Positions 36,621-49,150 of a DNA stretch of 64,000 bases are shown in pieces; position 1 is the first letter of the stretch, and every line of letters begins with the position of its first letter. The stretch lies in assembly GCA_030141605.1 (NCBI GenBank), contig JAQGDQ010000072.1, positions 124,001 through 188,000 of the forward strand, given 5' to 3'. The translations under genes were made by a program, and so were the position numbers. Origin of the DNA: Tubiluchus corallicola. Its lineage: Eukaryota > Animalia > Priapulida. A model generated the notes under the pieces. That model saw only the letters and a list, made by a program, of their open reading frames with translations, did not search any database and was not told the origin of the DNA.

Positions 36621-38999
36621 TATAATAAAACGAAATACGTGTCTAAAAGTAGGATGCCCTGCGTCACCATTGATGACAAGATGAGCTTTGAATCTCACGT
36701 CTTAGACCTGGAACAAGTGGCACACAATTAAGAACTTAAGCTGTAATCGTGGTTTCCAATTGGCAACAACAATTTTGTTAATGCTTTTTATTATATTAGA
36801 AAAACATGTGTTGTTATATATTATCATAATAGTAATAAGATAATGTTCAAAAACACATGTAAAACGACCTGCCTACAAATAATACATTGTGATCAGTTGG
36901 GCACCACTTATGATATGAGGCGTTCTCGTATGCAATAAATGAGATTGTTATATGGGTAACGTCCCGAGTTGCGAGTATTGGGCGCTTTCGTTATGACACC
37001 ACAAACACTTTATTTCTACTAATTTCTGATACGTGCTGACACGTGGGTTCAGTGAATCTTTCCATTTAAGCATATCCACGGACATGTATTCCAAATTAAA
37101 GCAAACGAAACAGTTTTTAATATTACTGATAAATTCTTGGTTTAATAAAGTAATAAGGCCTGAAAGCAATTTACTTTAATTCAAAACAAAAAAAGTTGTT
37201 ACAGTTACAAACAACGTTTCTAGATAACCTAAGATAAACAGAAGACTAGTTAGCCCAACCCAGGTGAGAGAGAAGGATGTAATGTAAGTATACTTATCGG
37301 TTGTAGTGACTGCAGTCGGAAGCTGTCGAATTGCAAAACTTGGCGTTCTTCATTACTCTGGAAGCTGAAATAACGTGACTAAACGTGATTACGTGATTCA
37401 GGATAATTTGCTACGCCTCTTGGTATTTTATGTAGGCAACATTTTGGAGTTCACATTGCATTTTTCCTTTCTGGTAGCACCATATATATACTTTGACAAC
37501 TGAGAAGCGCTGCAAACTCTCAATTGCAGTCTGCAGCTCAGCAAATTGATTTTTTTAATGATCTCTTGGGAAAATTTCATATTTGTAGACATTCTTTATT
37601 TAGTAATATAACAGGAACCTTTGCTGTACAGGTGGCTAAGCTTAAAGCTGATGAAGATGAAATTTTACAAGATCCAGCAAGTGAAGACAAAATAGATGTC
37701 TCATAATTAAACAGAAAGTATGCTGCAGAATTTGGCTTTGTACTATAAACCATATCAGGAGATATCCATTCCTAGTTGGTCATTCTATCCAGTTACACAT
37801 ATTCAGCAAAACTTTCATGGGGTAATTCGCCTTTTTTTCATAATATAGAAACTCCTTGGTAGGCCAGTTTTTTTAATTTTTACATTCTCTGTCAAAGTTA
37901 GGGCAAGTCCTTTTCATACTGCATAGTCGTGTTCCTTATTAATGTATTTTTTGAAATCTTGATAGGCAACCCTATTTTTTTCACAATGAACCAAATCCCG
38001 GGATCATTCCCATAAGTAGTAGCTTTCTTCGCTCGTTCGCTGATTACCGTTGCACCTTCCTTCAGAGTTACGCTCTGAATTGAGTCGGTTTGTGTACACC
38101 GTTCTTATCGTCCTTTCAAGTGAATTTTATAATTCTCTGTTAGATATTTTTTTATAACTTGTGAAAATTGAATTTTGCTATAGCATTTGTTTCCCCTCTT
38201 TATCAACCAGACCTTGTCATTTCGCTGTTGGCCATTCTACTATGTAACGCGAATTACTAAGTACAGTAATTTTTTATATATTTAACACTTAATTGTGCTT
38301 AACTTGTGTTAAGTTCATTATTTTGCCTTTTCTTACTGCTTGGAAAGTAAATATTAGAACGTTTCTTATACAGTCATAACTTGAGATGTTATACATCTGT
38401 AAGCAAACCTGTAAACGTGTTTACTACGTACGCTCGGCGTTACTGTTCTTATCACATTCCAGCTACCGTAGTTGCTGTAGCCGTTAGGCACGTCATACTT
38501 TTCTTCTCAGGACATCTGCAGTACTTACCGTTGCCGAGGCACGCTGCCACTACTATAGTTGTTCCTGAAAAGGATAAACAATATTTAGAAAAAATTGCTG
38601 GAAAATTTATTCTGATTTTTTTGTGTTTATAAAAAAGGAAAGAACACCAGTCGTACGCTTATATACCCTTAGGCGTAAAACCAAAATTATTTTTTGTAAA
38701 CTTAAACAAGGGGCTGCATAAGTAGTAATTAAGTTAAATTTCTTTGGCTTTTAAACTTGTGCAGCCATGAAGAATGTTACCTGTCAACCCTAAAAATAAC
38801 AGTAGTTTTTGCCCTTGAACTAAATCCGAATGCTTGCAATGACACTAATTTGACTTTTGTAAATATCTTGACTTACACTGGCTGGTCATCTTTTGCCTTT
38901 AACCAATCAGCTTTGGTTTAGATTCTGTCGTTGAAATCTACACTAGTTTGGGAAAGTTGAAAAGGGAAGGTCAACACCTACTGATCAAAAATATATTTT

Positions 39000-39970
39000 T
39001 TAAACAAGCGCATTATATAGTTTTTGACAACAGTGAGTATTTGTGCCCAGAGTTAAATTCTGGTGTATGAGAGGTTACGGTGGCCATAATTAACATGAAT
39101 AGCAGTAGGATAGTAATTATTGGCAACTGCCCTACGAGTGTAAAAGCCGTGAATTTGTTGAACGGGTATTAAAAAGCCACGAAAAACTGAAGGAAGCAGA
39201 GAACAAAAATATTTATACATGAATAATAAACACTCACGATGATACAATTCGTTAATTTTTACATATGTGTAATACATATGATTGCAATTTGTTAGTAGTG
39301 GATATTTTAATATTACTATAATACACCTATTTTGTAACGTTTGTAAGGGTCGTAATGACGTATCATAGGCTGAACCGTAACATAATAGCCCTTAATATAA
39401 AAATGGATACATAATCGCAAAATAGACTTTGATAAGCGTATCAACATTAGTATAATGGCTTATTTTATACAATACACCTGATGTTTGAGCCAGTGTGGTT
39501 TTAACATATTGTTAAAGTGATGAAGCCACGACATTTTATTATATATTTGCCCAAGATATTTGACATATTTTTTTTCTTCAATTTTTTACCATCTATGTGC
39601 AAAATAAGATTTTTGATATCTGTGTGTGACTGCCTTTGAAAATCATGCAGTTCGTTTTTTTGAAATTAAGAGATAATCTATTAGTGTAAAACCAATTGCT
39701 TAGTTTAGGAATTTCAGTACATTTTGTATATTTGCTAATGAAGCATCTGTATCTGTATTTCGTGTCATCGACAAGAAGTCTGAAATTTAACAAGCTGGAA
39801 ATATTTGGCAGATTATTGACACACAAAAACCAGAAATAACAGTTGTCCCAGGATAGACCGTACACCACATTTAATTGGCATATTGTTAGACCATACACCA
39901 TGTATTTCAACAATTTGTGTTTTGTGATACAGATAGCTTTAAAACCACAGTAATTCAGCATTTTTTATAC
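39000..39970 (-). pseudogene. Decayed CR1/L2-group RT and C-terminus
   Basis: NNLPNISSLLNFRLLVDDT, WFYTNRLSLNFKKTNCMIF, IHGFYTR. Confidence 0.75.
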
Positions 39971-40082
39971 CATATTGATTTAATTTTTCTAAAAGAATGC
40001 CAAAATCCAGTTTTTAGTTACCTAGCTTTGATTCATTTTAACTGTGCTTTATTGCGGTTATGATTTATTGTGCGGAGGCAAT

Positions 40083-40346
40083 TATTAGGTCGCTCCACCC
40101 CGGTTCCGGCGACCCCGAAGCACCACGAGACCTGGTCGTGAGGCATCTCCGGCAGTGCAATATTAAGACATTTACACATACGCATGTTGTTGTATTGTAT
40201 ACGTTTGTTAGTGCTTGAACCGTTTACTTTTCAGTTTTTTTTTGTATTTTATTCTGTGGTTCAATAAACAACCGTAAATGTTCAAACCACCAGCTTCGAT
40301 CAGTCAGCTAACAACTATCCAGTGGCCGTGTCATCCATTTCTGACA
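40083..40346 (+). mobile_element. Putative solo LTR, 264 bp
   Basis: gcaat direct repeats at 40078-82 and 40347-51, AATAAA at ~40263, 3' end ...tctgaca. The 5' end reads tatt rather than tgt. Confidence 0.4.
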
Positions 40347-40859
40347 GCAATAATATTAAACTTGCCCAGCGTGTTTCATAATCCTTCGTATATCACTCTC
40401 GTACAAGTGAAGTGTGGGTTATTTTACTGCGTACGTCACTTGGCGATTGAATTTAGCCATCCTGTCAGCAAAGGTTGGGAAAGATTTTTGAAGATTGACG
40501 TTATTATGAAAGATGTTTAACTGCTACAACACGTCGTTTCACTTACTTGAATGCCTTAAATAATTATTTAAAATATAAACAAAAATTACGTGAATAAATA
40601 AACATAAATAAAAACGTGAATAACAATTGAAATAAGTGACACACATTTTTTTATACTACGAAGAGCGCAACAAGAAAAACATTTTGCACAATATTGAACC
40701 TGTGTGAAATGACAAAGGCTAATAACAAAACCATCCACTGAAGATCAATAATTTGCGAATATTAACATAGCGTTGTACATGAAATGACTGTTGTTTGTAA
40801 TGCGCGAACAATCTACATAATATTTGCTCACAAACTATCAACTATGTACAGTCTCACCA

Positions 40860-42335
40860 ATTTGCAGGTTTTGTTGCTGCTGGTGATTTTAATGCTCGCA
40901 GCTTCCAATGGGATGCAGTGACAAATGAACATGAAAATATTTTAAATATATTTATAGTAAAATGCAATTGCACGGTTAGTTATTCAGCAATAAACACCCA
41001 TACATTTAACTCTTACAGGTGCGACAGATGTATTAATACTATCTCATTCTCATAACATGGGTGGTCAGGTAGTCAGCGAGTCTACCAATCAGGAAGTCGA
41101 GCTGTTCAGCGGAGCACCGGCTATGGGCCATTTCCCAGTTAGCACATATCTAAAAAATAAGTGTCAAAATACCAAGCCTACTAAGAAAAAAAAATTGGCG
41201 ATGATTGTCCCAAGGTCTAGAGGTGATGTTTGTGCAAAATCGACAAATGTTTAAACAAAAGAGAAATGTTGATGGCTTTTGGTCATGGTTTACAGAAATG
41301 ATAACGGAAGATAGAAAAGCAGTATTTTCAGACTTAATAAATAATTGAAAGACTTAATAAATAAGAAGTAAAACAGGCATTTGCCAGTGAATTAAAGGAA
41401 GCAACAAATAAACTGTTATGCGAAAATACAGAAAATTTAAATGTAAGAGAAAGTGTCCAATTTTGGAAAACGTACAATAAGGTTTTTGACCACAACCGTG
41501 AAAATAATGACGTTGATGTGCTAACTAACGATTGTAAACGGCATGTGTCAGATGCGGATAAAGCAAACTTGCTATATAACACTTTTTTCAGTGGGAACTA
41601 TTTCGAAGCGGAAACTTTCGATCTAAACACGAAATGCCTGTGATGAACAAGTGGATTTGGGCTAAACACTTCCTTGTCGTTGGAAGAACTGAATGCAGCC
41701 ATAAGCACTGAAGCAAAGTGTCGTCTAGATAATGACTGGTTTCATCCAAAAATGGTCAAAAGCTTCGGGCAATTTGCTAAAGTAGCCATCCCTAAATATC
41801 GCTAATCTCTGGTTGATCTTTGGAGACTTATCGTTGGCATGGATTCTGTCAAAAGTTATACCTATAAGGAAACTTGACAAGATCAATTACAGCAATACAG
41901 CAAATTACCGACCAATTAATGCCTCCATCTACGTTAGCAAACTTATTGAACGATTAATAAACTCCAGATGGAGATTTCATTTTTTTATCACCAATGCCTA
42001 ACACGCTTGAGTTGGAGGGTTTTATCCCACAATGAAATACAGTGGGATATCAGGTTAGACTTATCTCATTTATGGAAGAAGACATTTTGTGCAATAATTT
42101 TAGAATTACAGTCTGCGTTGATATTAAAAAAAGCTTTCGATAGTGTATGGAGAGGAGGACTTTTATTCAAATTAAGATGTTCAAACGCCAAGGGTAAAAT
42201 GTTGAAGCTAATTAACTATATCCTGTGCAGTAGAAAGATCGTGACAAAGGTAGACAATCTTACATCGCCTGAGTACAACTGGGTGATGGGATTAACACAA
42301 GGGTCGGTACTTTCACCTCTTCTGTTTATATTGTA
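40860..42335 (+). pseudogene. Decayed I/Jockey-like LINE ORF2, segment 1
   Basis: AAGDFNARSFQW, SKVIPIRK...NYRPI...SKLIERLIN, KKAFDSVWRGGLLFKL, GLTQGSVLSPLLFIL. Confidence 0.8.
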
Positions 42336-44109
42336 AGGTTGGGCGGATAGTGCTGATACGCATGTTGTTATACAATGGTAGTACTGGCGGAAATTAGGCA
42401 ATTAATCAATTAATTAATCCCTGAATACGAAACTTAGGATTGATATAAATGGTAATGATGAATTTCAGATCGACCTCGAGCCTCGAAATACACGCTGTGA
42501 AGTAATCGTTATCAGTCTAGTTTTTTAGCTAGGCTCCGCAATAAGCCTTTTCAGTGTGAGAATATTCCGTGCCCGGTTCGTTAAACAGATAGTGCACTTA
42601 CAGAATTGCTATTTGCTATAATCTTTAAAAGCACTCTCGGTTATAGTTAACGCTAACACTTTCGTTAACGGTTGTAAATAGAATTTATTAGTTTTACAGA
42701 ATTAAAAAATACCAAACATCAGTAACAATTACAATCCAACTCGGTTCGAAATATGATATAATAATCGATTGACAGAGAATCGCATTAACAATTTGCTGTA
42801 CAAATGGCTTCATCAAGATTACAAATCAATTTCGTAACCACTGCTACTTTAAACTGTATTTAGCAAAGTGCACGACTACAAATAATCGAAATATTCAGGT
42901 ATTACCAAGAAAATGTTATAAGCAAAATCACATAACTCTGGGACTGGCCAATCTATGTGGTCCAGGCCAAGCCCGGTTTCTAATATGAGCCGTTATCTGT
43001 GCCTCAGGGGTTGGCTTGATCCAAGTATGCCGAAGTCTTATACACTGATAGCAATAAAAAGTTTAGCTCCTACCTTCAGAACGTAAGACAGAGACGTTGA
43101 CCAAAAAGCGTCGTCTCTCTGTCGTCGTCTCCCACTTATGAAACCTCTCGGTCATGTGACATGATACACCTGATGACTGGCTATCTCAGCATCTCGACTT
43201 CTAAGCACTTCGTTACCTTGGCTATCTGAGCATCTCGACTTTGGAGCGCTTTGGTACCCTCTTCTGTCACTAGGACAGAGTCCTGGGGCGTCACTGTCCT
43301 AAACCCTCTGGCCCGACTATCCGCCCTCGTTAACCATTCCTAGGTCAGTTGGCTACCAAGTACGCAGTTCACATGACCGAGCTCTGACAAAACATCAATT
43401 AAGAACAATAGCGCAACGCCCACTGGTCACTCGACTGACCAGGTACCATTCTCCATTAACTGCTCGCGGACCTTGTTAATGAGTTTCGAATTATCTTCAG
43501 CCTATTCACAGAATCAGACCTGTTTCGGAAGTACAACTTAATATTGGCCAAACTTCTCCTAATGGATGCAAAGTTCATCTTGTAGTTTACATTTACACTG
43601 ATTATTAATTCACATACTTATCATAACTGGAGTTGTCAGTGACGTTCTCATAAGCCCATTAAATGCGCGGGAGAAGCTGAGTGAGTTCTCTTCCAAATGT
43701 AATGACTCATCTCTTTTTGATTTCGATTATTCATTGCTTCATTCTGATTATTCTTTCAGCAAATAATTATTGATTCCAAAATAAAAGCACAACAACGTCC
43801 CGGCGTATTTGTGAAACAAGTGTAAAAAAACAATACTAAAAGTGAAATTATAGAAACAATTAACTCGCCAGATATCTAATCCATTGTGCTCCATACCGGT
43901 TGTCATTATGGAGCAGCTCCAGAGGTGGAACACGCACCTGCCTGTCAGCCCACTGAACCGACGAGGCCATTCCATAGCGACGGTTTTATACCTGGTATTC
44001 AACGCCACTATACAATGGCTTCGTATCGACGAGACAACCACAATGGAGAGGGGTGGTTTGAAAATATATGGCATGTCGCCCCTGTAACACCCGTCGCTCG
44101 TCGCTATGG
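42336..44109. mobile_element. Unclassified 1.77-kb composite insertion with an LTR-like segment (~42673-43389, minus)
   Basis: Interrupts the RT between LLFIL and YVAD with (G)TA on both sides. The internal segment runs tgtcag...aataaa...ttaca on the minus strand and carries a tandem duplication of about 42 bp at 43178-43260. Confidence 0.55.
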
Positions 44110-44460
44110 TATGTAGCGGACATGTTTGAGAATCTGCCTTCTGAAGTGAGAACATTTAAATGTGCAGATGTCGGCACGTTTATTGTAAGCGAGAACAATA
44201 ACAACGAGTGTGCAGAAACTGCGCACGAATGTTGCAGCACTTTGTACAATAGGTGTAAAAAATGGAGCTTGAAAATGAATACATAAATGCCAAATAAAAC
44301 AGACTTCTGCTAATGAGTAAATGGAATTAGCAAAATCCGTTAGCGAAATTAAAAATGATCTGTCTGTAGTGCTGCTGTAAAATGTTAAATCTTAGTGACT
44401 CCTTCTTGGTGTATATTAACTGAGGATTGTGACTATTGATCAAACGATTGATTTCCAAAA
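44110..44460 (+). pseudogene. I/Jockey-like LINE ORF2, segment 2
   Basis: YVADMFENL...FKCADVGT (decayed YADD)...CKKWSLKMN. Confidence 0.75.
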
Positions 44461-44840
44461 AGTTATTTACTATAGGTACCTAATGATTCCGTCAAGTAAA
44501 ACTTGATTAGTAAAGAAAATAACTACAAAGAAGCAAATAGAATATCCATTGAAGGTTAGTATCAGGAAGTAATAGAAATTGCAAATATATGTGACATAGA
44601 CAGTGTAAAAAAATGTGATAGGAGTGCCAAATCACAGTGAAAGGTGGAATTAAGTTAAAAACAGAAACGTAGTTGCAGAAAGAAAGAAACAAGATAGCTC
44701 GAAGGCAGAAAACTGAGATTTTTGATAAAAGGATAAACAAACCTATGAAGTATTTATTTCAATATGTAGTCAGAGCGAAGCACATGAAATTATGAGGCGA
44801 TGGCTAAACGTGTGGAGGAAAACAGTGTTTAAAGAAACCT

Positions 44841-45479
44841 TGCCACCATACTGTTGCGAAAGCGGCCAAGAGGTCCAGGGTTCAAATCTGGATTGATGAG
44901 AGTTTCAGTTGCTAGAAGCGACTCCAAAAAACGAAAAAACTAATTAGAAATTTGAAGGAATAAGCTGACAGAATTTTCCCTTGCCTCCCCAATACTGGCT
45001 GTTCCATGGAACTGATATTTGCTGCTCAGTCACAGAACCATTACACGCCGACATACTTATAGCTGCCGATACGCAAAGTGTTTGTAAGAGGCAATTCATC
45101 TTACCATAAAAGGGGTACCTGAAAAACTGGCTTCAGTGCACTACCTTTATTTGCAGGCTCATCCTTTTGAATGAAGTGGGTTTAGGGCTCTGCTCTGGGA
45201 TCTACTGCTTTGCTAATACCTAGAGGTCACTGGTTGATTTCTGGGATTTCAAATTCGATTTCTGGTTGGAAAGATCTTGTGGTACAGATTTCATACGTGG
45301 CAGTGTAACGTTAAGTTTTAATGTGGTCTTAGGATGCGACTCAATATGGGTTTCTGTCACAAAGCAAAATCGTAGTAACCATAATAATTCTAAAATTAAC
45401 CCCAATGCGTTGGGAGATTTTTGGCATGTGTAAATGGAGAAGATTTCTGTCACGACCCTTAATAATTTATGATACAACA
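44841..45479 (-). mobile_element. LTR remnant with a partial tRNA-Leu-type PBS
   Basis: Minus strand ...ttcgcaaca gta tggtggca, compared with TGGTGGCAGCGG. U5 motif shared with the 14399 LTR. The 5' boundary is a guess. Confidence 0.5.
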
Positions 45480-45539
45480 CGCAATTCTCATGTTTGATAG
45501 GCCAAATTAAAGCAGATTATAGAATAGAAACACTTTAAT

Positions 45540-45620
45540 TGTATGTCGTTTCGCCAATTATCTTTTCGGCAATCTACTTTTTCGCCAATGCACTTTTTCG
45601 CCAATCTATCTTTTCGCCCG
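45540..45620 (-). repeat. 16-bp TTTCGCCA minisatellite, 5 units
   Basis: Read directly. Confidence 0.85.
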
Positions 45621-45920
45621 GGTCTACATGGTTTCATTTAAACGTTTTGTGAACAGAAAATATAAGTCCTACAAAGGCGTGCCATACATCATTGGATTCG
45701 AAATAAAACGAAGAATCTGATGCACTGCGCCAAAATAGCGAGTCTGGTTTTATTTAACCACACTTTGGTGATAAGTAAGAGGTTAGATACCGAGAATGTG
45801 AACATTCAGAGTCTAGTAAAATTTTTGTTCTACGACGCTTAGTTTCCGAAGATACGCATCATTTTGGAATAATTCAAAAACTAAACAGAGCTACTCCGCC
45901 CAAGTGATGTTGCAGCTAGA

Positions 45921-46882
45921 GTAGAGGGCCATCTTAGCTTAAAATTTCGTGTCATCACCCTTTGACAAGCCTGAATTAAGACCTGAAAATCGTCAAAATA
46001 TGTCTATTTTTGAGAAGCAGTTACTCCTACAAGAAGCGCCACCAACCAAGATGGCGAGGAGTGGTGATTATCCGATCAATTCCCTATCAATAACATACCA
46101 CGTAGCCACCACCGCCACAGGGCTGTGTAACTAATTCCTAAACCGTATAATCTTATTTTTAGTTATTTTCAATATTCATAAAAAAATTAGTTGAACTGTT
46201 TGATGATATACCTGTTTTGAAATTAGATTTTACCTGTATGTTCAATGTCACTGTTTTATGTTTTACTATATCTTGCGATTGAAGCCAAGTAGAGTAATTG
46301 TTTGTCTGTTGAGTTCGTCCAGGTATTCCACTCTAAGCTGTCGAGTTGTGCAGACGTTCTCGTATCGTAACGATGGTCTACTAGTTATAGTATTTGCTTG
46401 CAGAAAAGAAATCTGTCAGCATGGTGTATGACGTATATGATAGCTGCTTGTTAAAGATGAAGCTTACCTAATACCGATGGTACTTAGATGATGCTCATGA
46501 AAATTATCTGACACTGATGATACTTACCTGTTACTGATGAATATGATGTATGATGTATTGTAAACACCTGTACGACTTACCCCTGTTTACACAGCGTTTA
46601 AAGGAAACCATGTCGGTACCTGCTCTATAAGTATGGTACCGACATGAGTCCAGAAGAATGTAGCATGGTAGCATGGTAGGCGTGTGGCGGTGGCTACTGT
46701 GTGCCACATCACTGGATAGAGAATTGATAGAACAATCACCACTAGACGTCATCGTGGTATGCGGCGCTTCTTTTAGGAATAATGGTTTATCAAAGACGGA
46801 CATATTTTGACGATTTTCTGGTCATAACTCAGGCGGGTCGAAGGGTCGCGACCCGAAGTTGTATGCATAGATGACTCTCTAC
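45921..46882. repeat. Imperfect inverted repeat: arms of about 200 bp (45921-46119, 46683-46882)
   Basis: gaaaatcgtcaaaatatgtc / gacatattttgacgattttc and ccaccgccac / gtggcggtgg. Same family as the 9659 and 22933 copies. Confidence 0.75.
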
Positions 46883-47049
46883 CAACTACTGTATGTATAT
46901 ATCTGATGTGTATATATATCTGATGTATATATATATATATATATACTACTGTACTATAAAACTGATGTATATCACACTGAACGGCATACATTAATTCGTA
47001 GCGAAATTAATTCATACATCTTAATTTAGAATAGCATAAGCTGAAATTT

Positions 47050-49150
47050 TAGGAGTATAGTTAATTAACATGTTTTAATTTCCACGTCGACACTTTGTGT
47101 TTAAAAATATAAACAGATCTATGTCACGCATGGATGGAGGATTCTGGAAAAATATCTGATATGTGGCTTTAAGAACACGGTCCTTTCTTGACAAAAAACA
47201 TTGCATAGCATATTAAAATGAAATACATCTTCTGTGCTCCCATTCTTACATTAAGTACATTTTCTCATATTAACAAGAGCTTTGGGTTTGGTATGTCGAC
47301 CAGGCTCAATTTACAGTCTATGGGCGCTAACGCGTAATTTTGTGTAGGTTACCTAGGCAGTGCTCTAGGAACACCAATAATCAAAAGATGATTTTCAGGT
47401 TCATATTCAGACTTGAACATTCTATACGTTCTCAGTTTATTAGAACTATTAGGGTGGATATTATCGCTATGGATGGCATTTATAAAACAGCTATTTAGAA
47501 AACCCAACATACGTAAACGATAATATATATTCATCCGCAAATTTTATTTACCCACGTCCATTTTAGATTATATGTATATATTGCATATAGTCTATTATAA
47601 TTTGCGTGTAACGTTATAATGTATATTTTGATTTAAATTTTTGGCACAGTAGTTTTTAGTTTGCACTGGACGCATTTGCCTTTAACAGTTGTGTGAATTT
47701 TATTCTCATGCTGCGATGTTTTTTTATGCTTTTATAGTTATGAATATCGATTTTTTAAGGCAAATAAAGATTATTATATATTATATTATATACATAGTAA
47801 CTATACAATTCTTTTCAAATGAATAAATGAGCTTTGTTTTGCTAAAAGTACATCCATTTTCCCATACATGGATAAAAACAAGCTTACATAATATTTTCCT
47901 AATACATGTAACCCAGGTATAGCTGCCATTTATATTTAATTCTTTGCACATCAAATAAGCATTATGTAAAACCTATATTCAGGCATTTCTAATATATGTC
48001 ACCAGAATTTCACCATTAATAAATTAGAACAGATGAACTGCGCATGTACGAGCCTCTGCCTTAACAGCAGCTTTAGAACGAACACCAAGCGTACTTTTAT
48101 AAAATTTCATTCAGCTCACGTTTTACCTTATCATGATCAGCCTCAAAAGTATTTCTGTTTAATGGCGGCAAAAGCTCTTCATATTTTGGAGCTATAAGTG
48201 ACGATTGGTCTAACAGCAAAGTTAAAGATATTTAGCCAAACTGGCGCCCTAAGTACTTGTACTTTTGTACGCTTTTGGTTAGGTTACCATTATAGTAAAA
48301 ATAATCCGTGTCTTAAGTTTTTCCCCACTTTATTGAAAACTGTCACTTTAGTGCCCATCTAATACAAAATAATTTCAGTTTATCTAAGTATGCGTGTAAA
48401 CCAGCTTGGCTATTCGACATCTGTACTATGTCATCAGCATACATGATACTGTTGGTTTTGCCGCCATAAACAACATGGACAGATTCACATTCAGTGTCAA
48501 ATATATCTGATAAGTCATATATCATAAATCATAAATGGTATCACAAATGGAAAACAAGGCAGCATTAAAAATGCATCCCTGCTCCTTCGAATCAATTTCA
48601 CATAAAACGGCGTTACGCCACATAGTATCAATAGCTTTTTGCATATCAGTAAAACAAGTATACAAACACTGACTATTTTTTAAAAACTAATCAACAATAG
48701 TCTTAGGCGAAAATGTGATCACTGGAACGGTTGCCCTTTTTAAATCTTATTTGCCATTTGGTAGTCATTTTATAACTAATTCTGAAGACGGTCTTTTAAC
48801 ACTGGTGTGAATAATTTGCTAAAACAACTCGAAACAACTATCTGTAATTACTTGGCATAGGGAAGCTCACTTATGTATAGGAACGAGCACACTGTCAGAC
48901 CACAAGGATAGATACTATGTGTTTATATAAGATTAGAAAGTTTGCACAAGCTCGGACATAAAAGGGAAACAGAATATTTAGTCATCTCATTACAGTCGGT
49001 TTCCCTGCTTTTTTTAAAACACATGTATATTTCACTCTCGGTAATCCTGAAATCTAATCTAATATATTAGATATATAATCTAGAAGCGGCCTTCGAGCCT
49101 AAAAATTTTTCTGGATTTTTATCATTTTTTTCATTGTCGTGGATCTTTGC
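47050..49150 (-). pseudogene. Decayed CR1/L2-group LINE RT through C-terminus
   Basis: IMYADDIVQMSNSQAGL, NKLRTYRMFKSEYEPE, KLRVSAHRL*IEPGRH. Interrupted by a short plus-strand AATAAA-tailed insert at ~47595-47790. Confidence 0.8.

Noticed and set aside
44855-44900. tRNA gene suggested by gaggtccagggttcaaatc
   Set aside because: No anticodon arm or acceptor stem can be formed, and it lies within an LTR end (reported as a finding instead).
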